64,000 bases of DNA from Malacoraja senta (lineage: Eukaryota), in assembly GCA_038087875.1 (NCBI GenBank), contig JAXLNO010000104.1, positions 124,001-188,000 of the forward strand. Reading direction: 5' to 3'. Made by a program: the position numbers and the translations under genes. Under the pieces are notes generated by a model. It made no database searches. It had not been told where the DNA came from and worked only from the letters and a program-made list of their open reading frames with translations. Below, one piece after another: positions 1-10,938 of the stretch (position 1 is its first letter; the number at the start of each line of letters is the position of its first letter).

Positions 1-268
1 GACATACCTATAGAAAGATAAGGATGAATTTCTTCAGTCAGAGAGTGGTGAATCTGGGGAATTCATTGCCATAGTTGGCTGTGGAGGCCATATCATTGTG
101 TATACTTAAAGCAGAGATTGACATGTTCTTGATTAGGAAGGGTGTCAAAGGTTATGGGAGAAAGTAGGAAAATGGGGTCGAGAAGGAAAGATAGATGAGC
201 CATGATTAAATGGCGGAGTAGACTCAATGGGGCGAATGGTTAAATAAACTCGATTGACTTATGAACTT
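1..268 (+). mobile_element. CR1-type LINE 3' end fragment (mirror copy at ~8660-8920, continuing to ~9270 on minus)
   Basis: Typical CR1 ORF2 end and 3'UTR (ttcttcagtcagagagtggtgaatct...ggttatgggaga...catgattaaatggcggagtagactc). Confidence 0.85.
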
Positions 269-1427
269 GTAAATGTATTTTAAATCGATTGCTCAGGAAG
301 GATACAAGTCACATTTACCACTCTGACGGTGACACAAAAACATCTAGGCTTTGCAAGTAAGGCAATTTGTAATGGGATAATTCGTTTAATTAAAGCAAAA
401 GTGTTTTGCATACTTCTGGCAGGAGTATTTTGTGGTATTATCAGATGCTTGTAATCATGGGAAATATTAATGCAGTTTGTCACCCATGTTTGTATGCAAT
501 TCTACAGTAGTTTTTAATGTCCAATGTTCCAATGACAGTCTAGAGTTGTCTACGACTTGTGTCTGAGTCCTGTCATTGGTTGGAATGACCAGTACCTAAA
601 ACCAAGCATTCCACATCACCTCATTAGTGGAATCAATGCTACACTGCACGGTGTGCTACCTTAGCAACGGAGCAGGAACAGTAACCCAGCTCTCACCTCT
701 AGAATTCCATGTAAACTAAATGGTACAATTATATGGGGGATGTTGGGACAGAGACCGCTTGCAGATGTACAAAGGCAATTTTTAACAATTGCAGAACAAG
801 TTGGTTGAGTAGTCAGTTTAAAAAAGGAACACCGAACCTTTGGAACAGAGAAGCAAAGTATAAAAGCAAGGTATGCTACGTTTTTACAAATCTCTTCTGC
901 ACAAGTCTGCTCGACTGCATTAAACAGCAAGAATGGTATCAAGATGAAAGGTTTCACTTACATGAAAAATCCAAAGAAAGTGGGATTGTCGTGCTTAGAG
1001 AAGGTTAAAAGGAGAGTTCATAGATCAGTCAGGTACATACGGTTCTTGCCAAAGGCATAAAGGTTTCCAACCAAGGGATACTGATTTAGTGAAAAAGAAT
1101 CAAGGCGATACTTTTGATCTATTACGTGAATAGCCAGGCATGTGTAAAGTATGCCTGGGAATCGCGAGACAATCCATTAATGACTTTGCTTGCCTGATTA
1201 CAATCATTCTTCATTACAGAAACTAAACAAGAATATGGCAAACTTGTTGTGCCTCAGCATTCCGTCCCTCCCTCCTGAATATAAAATTATATTCTGTGCC
1301 ATAAATACTTTTCTATATCTCAATTAGATGATCTGCACAACATCCCTCTTCAAAGCTATAAGCATAATCAATTTAGTTCCTCTAATATTTTTCTTGACAT
1401 TCAATTAGACAATGACAGAGCAGTACA

Positions 1428-1713
1428 CAGGCCGCCCTAGAGTAACAAATGTCCCACTTACGAGAAACCCATACATGCAGAAAAGCTCCAATACTAAATT
1501 CAAAAGTCCGATGTACATACATACGTTCATTTCTAGGAACATTCAAACTAGTTTTGTCTCTTTTAACAATTGTTCCTTCTTGTCAACATTATGTGTTTTT
1601 TAATGCCATTCATTACAAAATGGTAAACATAGTGATTTTTGTCTATTTTCTGACATGTACAGAAAATCAACATCTGTACGAATGGAATCCATTTGTTAGT
1701 CAGGGAAGGCCTG
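1428..1713. mobile_element. Tigger/pogo-like MITE (mirror copy 7211-7498)
   Basis: Imperfect ~24-bp TIRs caggccgccctagagtaacaaatg / catttgttagtcagggaaggcctg; no coding capacity. Confidence 0.6.
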
Positions 1714-2225
1714 TGCTCAGATTAACTTATGCACATTTGCTCGGAATCCCTAATTAACCCTCCCACCAAAATTCTTATCTAACATGGCAGTGAAAGTACC
1801 AACTGACCCACAGCATCCAAAAAGCCTTTTGGGGAGAGCGCTCCAGGTTTCCACTGTGTTGTGTGAATCAGACGTCTTGCCAGTTTCAAGGAATCGTAGA
1901 ATTGGTGACATAGAAGATGGTGTCCGTGCCGGCTGCAAAATTCCAGAACTTGATCCGTAGCCTTTCAGGCAGGCGCACTGTTCATCTTCCAAAATTCCGT
2001 AGGTTGCAGAATGGTTCACATAAATTGGAAGAGAGCAAATGACGCCTCACTATTTCTGGAGAGAGGGAGATAGAAAATGAGGAACTGCAGATCAGTTAGG
2101 CTGGCATCAGCATTAGGGAAATGCTAGACTGTGGACTTAAATTAAAGATATGGTAGCAGGGTACATAAAAACTAAATCATTTAGCAGATGCAGCGCACAT
2201 TTACAACCAGCACACCAAAGAAAGC

Positions 2226-2314
2226 AGGGCTCGAAATTAACGGTTGCCCAGTTGCCAATGGCCACCTAAAGTCCCGCCGGGCAACCTAAAAGCCATGTCA
2301 TTTTGCCCGGCTTG
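2226..2314. mobile_element. hAT-like DNA transposon terminal fragment (mirror ~6611-6699)
   Basis: Starts cagggctcgaaattaac, followed by repeated ggttgcc/ggcaacc subterminal motifs; only one end is seen. Confidence 0.4.
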
Positions 2315-2316
2315 AT

Positions 2317-4400
2317 ACTGCAGATACTGGTTTATACCGAAGATGGACACAAAAAATGGTGTAACTCAGCGGGTCAGGCAGCATCTCTGGAGAAGAGGAA
2401 TAAGTGATGTTTCGGGTCAAGACCCTTCTTCAGAAGGAGAAAGAAATACATTCAATTTCCATTAGCCCTCCAGCTATTCATATTCCGGAGAACCAAAACT
2501 TGCACTCTGATAGCAGTAAATCTGAAGCAGTTTTTTTTCCAGTGTTATTATTGCGCCCATTGGTTCAAATAGGGAATCTGTGGCCAAATAATGGTGCTCG
2601 CAAGCGTTGCCTGCAGCCGGTCGACATCGCAGAACTGCAGCCCACACTGTGGAATCCCGTCCCACGCACTGCACTGACGCAAGCAACTGTGATTTTTTAA
2701 TATGCAAGCGAGCTACGGTGACGACCTGGCTGTTTTTTGTTTGTTTCAAATGCAGAAGCAAACGGAGATAGTTAGAAATAAAATAAATAAATGGTTAGGT
2801 GTAGGAAGGAACTGCAGATGCTGGTTTAAACAGAAGATAGGCACAAAAAGCTGGAGTAACTCAGCAGGTCAGGCAGCATCTCTGGAAAATGGAACTACAG
2901 ATGCTGGTTTATACCAAAGATAGACACAATAAGCTGGAGAACTCAGCCAGTCAGGCAGCATTTCTGGAGAAAAGCAATAGGTGACGTTTCGGACCGCGAC
3001 CCTCTTTCAGACTGAGAGTCAGGGGAAAGGGAAATTATCTATAGATGGTGATAGAGAAATATAGAACAAATGAATGAAAGTTATACAACAAAGTAACGAT
3101 GATCAAGGAAAGGTGGAGCCTGCAATGGTCCATGGTTTGAGAGAAGGAATGTGTGACCTTTCTGGTCGAGATCCTTCTTCTCCAGAGATGCTATCTGTCC
3201 CACTGAGATACTCCAGCATTTTGTGTCTATCTTCAGTGTAAACCAGCATCTGCAGTTCCTTCCTACATACATGGTCCATTGTTGGCAGCGAAGATAGACA
3301 CAAAATGCTGGTGTAAATCAGCGGGACAGGCAGCATCTCTGAAGAGAAGGAATTGGTCCTCCATCCTATTCTCCGACTAGTTTTACTGTCCTCCTGATTA
3401 ATTTTAATGTTTGCATACCTCGTTGTCACCTTCCCCTCAGCCAACATGAACACAAAACGCTGGAGTTACTCAGCGGGACAGGCAGCATCTTTGGAGGGTC
3501 TGAAGAAAGGTCTCGACCTGAAACGTCATTCATTCCTCTCCTATCTATCTAGGGTGGGGGTAATAATAATAATAATGGATTGGATTTATATAGCGCCTTT
3601 CTAATACTCAAGGCGCTTTACATCGCATTTTTCATTCACTCCTCAGTCACACTCGGTGGTGGTGAGCTACTTCTGTAGCCACAGCTGCCCTGGGGCAGAC
3701 TGACGGAAGCGTGGCTGCTAATCTGCGCCTACGGCCCCTCCGACCACCACCAATCACTCACACACATTCACACACATTCACACGCAGGCAAAGGTGGGTG
3801 AAGTGTCTTGCCCAAGGACACAACGACAGTATGCACTCCAAGCGGGATTCGAACCGGCTACCTTCCGGTTGCCAGCCGAACACTTAGCCCATTGCGCCAT
3901 CTGTCGTCTAAACATTAGACGACAGATGGTAGGGGTAGTGTGCAGGAAGGAACTGCGGATGCTGGTTTAAACCGAAGATAGACACCAAATGCTGGAAAAC
4001 TCAGCAGGACAGGCAGTATCTCCGGAGGGAAGGAATGGGTGACGTTTCTGGTCGAGATTCTTCTTCAGAGTGAGAGTCAGGGGAAATGGAGACAGAGATA
4101 TGGAATGTTAAGATGTGAGAACACAGACCAAAGGGGACTATGGTCAAGGAAGGTTCATTGTTAGCGGAGGGGAAGCTGACAACGAGGCAAACAATCAGTA
4201 AAATGTTTTAATCAGTGAAACTAATCGGAGAACTAGGAGGGGAGGGGCGGAGCGAGGGGGGAAGCAATGCTTACTTCAAGTTAAATAAATCAATATTCAT
4301 ACCGCTGAATAGATACCAAAGGCTGGAGTAACTCAGCGGGTTCAGCAGCATCTCTGGAGAAAAGGAATAGGGTATTTCGGGTCAAGATCCTTCTTCATTC
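2317..4400. mobile_element. Cluster of Penelope-derived short elements (pLTR/3' fragments) in mixed orientation; mirror cluster ~5130-6610
   Basis: Repeated gaaggaactgcagatgctggttt...gctggagtaactcagcggg...gcagcatctctggaga...gtgacgtttcgggtcgagacccttcttcag units, homologous to the 3' ends of the GIY-YIG elements at 13250-13350 and 63640-63770. Confidence 0.85.
3562..3927 (-). mobile_element. tRNA-derived CORE-type SINE with L2-like 3' tail, present in the left arm only
   Basis: Minus strand shows A/B boxes (tggcgcaatggg...ggttcgaatccc), a CORE-like gtgtccttgggcaagacacttcaccc and the tail aaaggcgctatataaatcc..(att)n. 9-bp TSD ggtgggggt/ggtaggggt. The empty site is visible at ~5598-5610. Confidence 0.85.
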
Positions 4401-4789
4401 ATACCACAGGGCTGTAAGCTGCCCAAGCGAAATATGATCTGCTGTTCCTCCAATTTACCTTGGGCTTCACTCTGGCAGTGGAGAGTGGACGGAGAGAGAG
4501 ACGATGCAAGGGTTACTTGAAGGTAGATAAATCAATGTTCATTCTTTAGTTTAGTGTTGAGTTTAGAGATACAGCGCGGAAACAGGCCCTTCGGCCCACC
4601 GGCTGCGGAACTTGGCGGTGGACAGGGACGGCCAAGGCAGCGGGGCGATGATGCCGGTGTTGTCCGAGGAGCGCTGACCTTCCTTCCTTCCTCCCCACCT
4701 CCTCTGCCCCTTCCCCCCTCTCTCTCTCTTCTCCACCCCCCCTCCACCCCCCTTATCCTGGGATCCCTCCTCTCCATCCCGCACTGATC

Positions 4790-4937
4790 CCCATTCGCGC
4801 CTGAGGGGCACGTGACGTCCCGCCTCCGTCATTAATGTGGCCGCCACGTGATGCGACGCCATCTTGTCGATGCGGCCATGACGACGGTCGAGGACGGAGC
4901 GCGGGCGGGAAGCTGGAGGTGAAGGGGAAGGTGGTGG
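4790..4937. promoter_or_regulatory. CpG-island-like promoter in the palindrome spacer
   Basis: CpG-dense unique sequence with E-boxes CACGTG (4809-4814, 4845-4850), an overlapping CRE-like TGACGTC (4813-4819), a YY1 motif CGCCATCTTG (4857-4866), ATG at 4878 and a possible donor GAG|gtgaag at 4918/4919. Confidence 0.65.
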
Positions 4938-6490
4938 AGCCGGTGGGCCGAAGGGCCTGTTTACGCGCTGTATTTCTAAACTAAACTAGAGAATGAACAT
5001 TGATTTATCTACCTTCAAGTAACCCTTGCATCGTCTCTCTCTCCGTCCACTCTCCACTGCCAGAGTGAAGCCCAAGGTAAATTGGAGGAACAGCGGATCA
5101 TATTTCGCTTGGGCAGCTTACAGCCCAGTGGTATGAATGAAGAAGGATCTTGACCCGAAATGTCCCCTATTCCTTTTCTCCACAGATGTTGCTGAACCCG
5201 CTGAGTTACTCCAGCTTTTTGTATCTATTCAGCGGTATGAATATTGATTTATTTAACTTCAAGTTAGCATTGCTTCCCCCCTCGCTCCACCCCACCCCTC
5301 CTAGTTCTCCGATTAGTTTCACTGATTAAAACATTTTACTGATTGTTTGCCTCGTTGTCAGCTTCCCCTCCACTAACAATGAACCTTCCTTGACCATAGT
5401 CCCCTTTGGTCTGTGTTCTCACATCTTAACATTCCATATCTCTGTCTCCCTTTCCCCTGACTCTCAGTCTGAAGAAGAATCTCGACCCGAAACGTCACCC
5501 ATTCCTTCCCTCCGGAGATACTGCCAGTCCTGCTGAGTTTTCCAGCATTTGGTGTCTATCTTCGGTTTAAACCAGCATCCGCAGTTCCTTCCTACACACC
5601 ACCCCCACCCTAGATAGATAGGAGAGGAATGAATGACGTTTCAATTCGAGACCTTTCTTCAGACCCTCCAAAGCTGCTGCCTGTCCCGCTGAGTAACTCC
5701 AGCGTTTTGTGTTCATTGTTGGCTGAGGGGAAGGTGACAACGAGGTATGCAAACATTAAAATTAATGAGGAGGACCGTAAAACTAGTCGGAGAATAGGAT
5801 GGAGGACCAATTCCTTCTCTTCAGAGATGCTGCCTGTCCCGCTGAGTTGCTCCAGCATTGTGTGTATCTTCGCTGCCAACAATGGACCATGTATGTAGGA
5901 AGGAACTGCAGATGCTGGTTTACACTGAAGATAGACACAAAATGCTGGAGTAACTCAGTGGGACAGATAGCATCTCTGGAGAAGAAGGATCTTGACCAGA
6001 AATGTCACACATTCCTTCTCTCACCTTTCCTTGATCATCGTTACTTTGTTGTATAACTTTCATTCATTTGTTCTATATTTCTCTATCACCATCTATAGAT
6101 AATTTCCCTTTCACCTGACTCTCAGTCTGAAAAAGGGTCTCGATCCGAAACGTCACTTATTGCATTTCTCCAGAAATGTTGCCTGACTGGATGAGTTCTC
6201 CAGCTTATTGTGTCTATCTTTGGTATAAACCAGCATCTTTAGTTCCTTTTTACAGAGATGCTGCCTGACCTGCTGAGTTACTCCAGCTTTTTGTGCCTAT
6301 CTTCTGTTTAAACCAGCATCTGCAGTTCCTTCCTATACCTAACCATTTATTTATTTTGAACCAATGGGCGCAATAATAACACTGGAAAAAATACTGCATC
6401 AGATTTACTGCTATCAGAGTGCAAGTTTTGGTTCTCCGGAATATGAATAGCTGGAGGGCTAATGGAAATTGAATGTATTTCTTTCTCCTT

Positions 6491-6520
6491 CTGAAGAAGG
6501 GTCTCGACCCGAAACGTCAC
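6491..6520 (+). ncRNA. Minimal type I hammerhead ribozyme motif (Penelope-associated); related copies at ~3499, 5469, 6127, 13255, 63644 (+) and ~2405, 2981, 4039, 27230, 46845 (-)
   Basis: CTGAAGA - a gggtc tc gaccc (stem II) - GAAAC GTC. Conserved CUGANGA/GAAA core, GUC cleavage triplet and palindromic loop-less stem III. Confidence 0.7.
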
Positions 6521-9500
6521 TTTATCCTCTTCTCCAGAGATGCTGCCTGACCCGCTGAGTTACACCATTTTTTGTGTCTATCTTCGGTATAAACCAGTAT
6601 CTGCAGTATCAAGCCGGGCAAAATGACACGGCTTTTAGGTTGCCCGGCGGGGCTTTAGGTGACCATTGGCAACTGGGCAACCGTTAATTTCGAGCCCTGC
6701 TTTCTTTGGTGTGCTAGTTGTAAATGTGCGCTGCATCTGCTAAATGATTTAGTTTTTATGTACCCTGCTACCATATCTTTAATTTAAGTCCACAGTCTAG
6801 CATTTCCCTAATGCTGATGCCAGCCTAACTGATCTGCAGTTCCTCATTTTCTATCTCCCTCTCTCCAGAAATAGTGAGGCGTCATTTGCTCTCTTCCAAT
6901 TTATGTGAACCATTCTGCAACCTACGGAATTTTGGAAGATGAACAGTGCGCCTGCCTGAAAGGCTACGGATCAAGTTCTGGAATTTTCCAGCCGGCACGG
7001 ACACCATATTCTATGTCACCAACTCTACGATTCCTTGAAACTGGCAAGACGTCTGATTCACACAACACTGTGGAAACCTGGAGCGCTCTCCCCAAAAGGC
7101 TTTTTGGATGCTGTGGGTCAGTTGGTACTTTCACTGCCATGTTAGATAAGAATTTTGGTGGGAGGGTTAATGAGGGATTCAGAGCAAATGTGCATAAATT
7201 AATCTGAGCACAGGCCTTCCCTGACTAACAAATGGATTCCATTTGTACAGATGTTGATTTTCTGTCCATGTCAGAAAATAGACAAAAATCACTCTATGTT
7301 TACCATTTTGTAATGAATGGCATTAAAAAACACATAATGTTGACAAGAAGGAACAATTGTTAAAAGAGACAAAACTAGTTTGAATGTTCCTAGAAATGAA
7401 CGTATGTATGTACATCGGACTTTTGAATTTAGTATTGGAGCTTTTCTGCATGTATGGGTTTCTCGTAAGTGGGACATTTGTTACTCTAGGACGGCCTGTG
7501 TACTGCTCTGTCATTGTCTTATTGAATGTCAAGAGAAATATTTGAGGAACTGAATTGATTATTCTTTTAGCTTTGAAGAGGGATGTTGTGCAGATCATCT
7601 AATTGAGGTATAGAAAAGTATTTATGGCACAGAATATAATTTTATATTCAGGAGGGAGGGACGGAATGCTGAGGCACAACAAATTTGCCATATGCTTGTT
7701 TAGTTTCTATAATGAAGAATGAATTATAATCTGGCAAGCAAAGTCATTAATGGATTGTCTCGCGATTCCCAGGCATACTTTACACATGCCTGGCTATTTC
7801 ACGTAATAGATCAAAAGTATTGCCTTGATTCTTTTTCAGTAAATCAGTATCCCTTGGTTGGAAACCTTTATGCCTTTGGCAAGAACCGTATGTACCTGAC
7901 TGATCTATGAACACTCCTTTTAACCTTCTCTAAGAACGACAATCCCACTTTCTTTGGATTTTTCATGTAAGTGAAACCTTTCATCTTGATACCATTCTTG
8001 CTGTTTAATGCAGTCGAGCAGACTTGTGCAGAAGAGATTTGTAAAAACGTAGCATACCTTGCTTTTATACTTTGCTTCTCTGTTCCAAAGGTTCGGTGTT
8101 CCTTTTTTAAACTGACTACTCAACCAACTTGTTCTGCAATTGTTAAAAATTGCCTTTGTACATCTGCAGCGGTCTCTGTCCCAACATCCCCCATATAATT
8201 GTACCATTTAGTTTACATGGAATTCTAGAGGTGAGAGCTGGCTTACTGTTCCTGCTCCGTTGCTAAGGTAGCACACCATGCAGTGTAGCATTGATTCCAC
8301 TGATGAGGTGATGTGGAATGCTTGGTTTTAGGTACTGGTCATTCCAACCAATGACAGGACTCAGACACAAGTCGTAGACAACTCTAGACTGTCATTGGAA
8401 CATTGGACATTAAAAACTACTGTAGAATTGCATGTAAACATGGGTGACAAACTGCATTAATATTTCCCATGATTACAAGCATCTGATAATACCACAAAAT
8501 ACTCCTGCCAGAAGTATGCAAAACACTTTTGCTATAATTTATCGAATAATCCCATTACAAATTGCCTTACTTGCAAAGCCTAGATGTTTTTGTGTCACCG
8601 TCAGAGTGGTAAATGTGACTTGTATCCTTCCTGAGTAATCGATTTAAAATGCATTTACAAGTCCATAAGTCAATCGAGTTTATTTAACCATTCGCCCCAG
8701 TGAGTCTACTCCGCCATTTAATCATGGCTAATCTATCTTTCCTTCTCGACCCCATTGTCCTACTTTCTCCCATAACCTTTGACACCCTTCCTAATCAAGA
8801 ACATGTCAATCTCTGCTTTAAGTATACACAATGACATGGCCTCCACAGCCACCTATGGCAATGAATTCCACAGATTCACCACTCTCTGACTGAAGAAATT
8901 CATCTTTCTATAGGTATGTCCTTATATTCCGAGGCTGTGCCCTGTGGTCCGAGACCATCTCACTAGTGGAAACATCCTCTCCACATCCACCTTATCCAGG
9001 CCTATCATTATTCTCTAAGTTTCAATGAGGTCCTCTCTCGTCTTTCCAAACTCCAGTGAGTACAGGTCTTGAGTGGTCAAACGCTCATACGTTAACCCAA
9101 TCGTCCCCGGGATCATTCACGTAAACCACCTCTGGATGTCGGCACAGTCAGCCCCCACCTCAGATGTAGGCCCAAAACTGCTCACAATACTCCAAATGCA
9201 GTCTGACCAGTGCCTTCTAAAGCCACAGCATTACATCCCTGTTTTTATATTCTAATTCTCTTGAAATAAATGCTTTTAGATCACGTGCCAGGCTTTGTTT
9301 TCTCCCCCTCCCCCTCTAGACAAGCCTGTCGGACACCTGCTTCACACTTATGTACTGCCTCCACAATCAGCAATTCTGAAAAACTGCAACTCTTCCCACC
9401 GGTTTTTAAAACCTTTTTCTTGTTAAAAAGCAGACTATTACTTCCAGCAAGATGGCTCTTCTCCCTCTGGCTTCAGTTTTTGCAGTAGAAATAATCCCAA

Positions 9501-10319
9501 TGATCCTCTGCTTCCATTGTATTTGATACTTTGGTTTTGTATATTAACTCCTGAATGTTCCTGATCCTATACCCACCTTTATCAGCTGTGGTATTTTACC
9601 AATTGTTTATTGGTTGTTACAAATCATTTCTCCATGCTATTTGTTTTTAAGAACAAAGTCTTCCCTGGGTGCCACACTTTACCTACATACGTGTGCACTA
9701 GAGTGAACTTCGAAAGGCATCATTGCTGCAGAGATCAGTTTGTAAGTGGAGATGGCCTCTTGGCTCCCTTCATCCTCACTAAAGAGAGAGCACCTGCCTC
9801 GTAGTACATGTGATAATGTCCTGTTGACTTCTTGACCGGCAAGTGAGTTATAAAAGCTAGTCCTAGCACAATGGAGGTGTGGGGAAAGAATATCTATCTT
9901 GTTTCAGTGGAATGCAAAACAGGTGGGCTGCTTTGAATAATGATCTCAACTATGGGAATGCTGTTGGAGATGCATTAATTGATGCAAATGGATAGAATCC
10001 TATCAAGCTCCTACCTTGCATCTTGTTGAAAACTTCGGGACATGAGTAGATGGGTTACTACAATCCCTGACCAGCTCTTGTAGCCACAGTAATTGTGTTT
10101 GATCTAGTTGAGTTCAGGCCAGTGACGACCCCAGAATGTTGGTGTGACTTGGCAATGCTAATGCGATTGAACATCATCTGTATGCGGTTCGATTCTCCAT
10201 TTTCTGAGCTGATCTTTGATTCTTCTGTGTATGAATGTTACTTGCCACTGTTTAGTCTACGCTGAATGTCGTCCAGATTCAGGTGAATGCTGGACATGAA
10301 CTATTTAATTTTCTAAAGA

Positions 10320-10554
10320 TTATAGAGTGATACAGTGTGGAAACAGGCCCTTCTGCCCAACTTGCTCACACCAGCCAACATGTCCCAGCTACATTAGTCC
10401 CACCTGCCTGCGTTTGGTCCATATCCCTCCAAACCAGTCTTATCCATGTACCTGTCTAACTGTTTCTTAAATGTTGGGGTAGTCCCAGTCTCAACTACCT
10501 CTTCTGGCAGCTCGTTCCATACACCCATCACCCTTTGTGTGATAAAGTTACCCC
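10320..10554 (-). mobile_element. CR1/HER1-type LINE 3' tail
   Basis: gatacagtgtggaaacaggccc...cctgtctaactgtttcttaaatgttggg, the same family as 45460-45790 and 56140-57090. Confidence 0.8.
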
Positions 10555-10884
10555 TGTAGCGGCACCAAACGTGGTGAATAAGGCCAGACGTCAGGCAGGT
10601 TCAAACAGTCGTGTATTCAGGTTCTACACGTTAGGTTGGTGCGCTAACTATATTATCATTGCTGCTGTAGCTGAGCGAGGCTGTTCTCTCGGGCTCAGCT
10701 ACCTGTTGACTGCTAAGGTCTCGAGGTGAGATAACCTTAAGTAGCAGGACACTCCCTCTAGCCCATGACGTCACGTGCCAGCCCTCGTACCTACTGACGA
10801 GGGTTCGACCATAAGTGGCCCGTGTATTAACTGGCGCCACAGGACCCCCCCCCCCAGAACCGGAGGAAGGAATAGAATGGTTGA
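10555..10884 (-). mobile_element. 3' LTR (10555-10841) plus PPT and a short internal remnant, same LTR family as 41342-43721
   Basis: TG...CA termini; reverse-complement homology to 41342-41629; the adjacent ggacccccccccccagaaccggaggaaggaatag matches the PPT region at 43098-43132. Confidence 0.88.
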
Positions 10885-10938
10885 AATTCCAGTGAATATA
10901 AGCCCAGTCTAAATTCCAGTGAATATAAGCCCATTATC

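Larger units (their letters stand above)
1..8920. repeat. Large inverted duplication (palindrome): left arm 1-4604, right arm 4938-8920, spacer ~4605-4937
   Basis: The window start gacatacctatagaaag... is the reverse complement of ...ctttctataggtatgtc ending at 8920. ORF pairs are mirrored (280-483/8444-8638, 733-1008/7920-8207, 1750-2019/6905-7207). Both inner boundaries read agccggtgggccgaagggcctgttt. The arms differ by scattered substitutions and indels. Confidence 0.97.

Noticed and set aside
1621..1643. Resemblance to miR-7 or a miR-7 site (tggtaaacatagtgatttttgtc)
   Set aside because: Seed mismatched, no precursor hairpin, lies within a MITE.
3835..3908. tRNA gene
   Set aside because: It is the tRNA-derived head of a SINE with CORE body, tail and TSD.
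8350..8392. SECIS-like ATGA...AA...GA to explain the in-frame TGAs in the 6869 exon
   Set aside because: Spacing is off consensus, helix II pairs poorly, and ATGA is sequestered in a Watson-Crick stem.
9690..9800. Possible further INF2 exon on minus (MKGAKRPSPL)
   Set aside because: Short similarity in a poorly conserved region, an immediate stop, and 30 kb from the other exons; likely chance.
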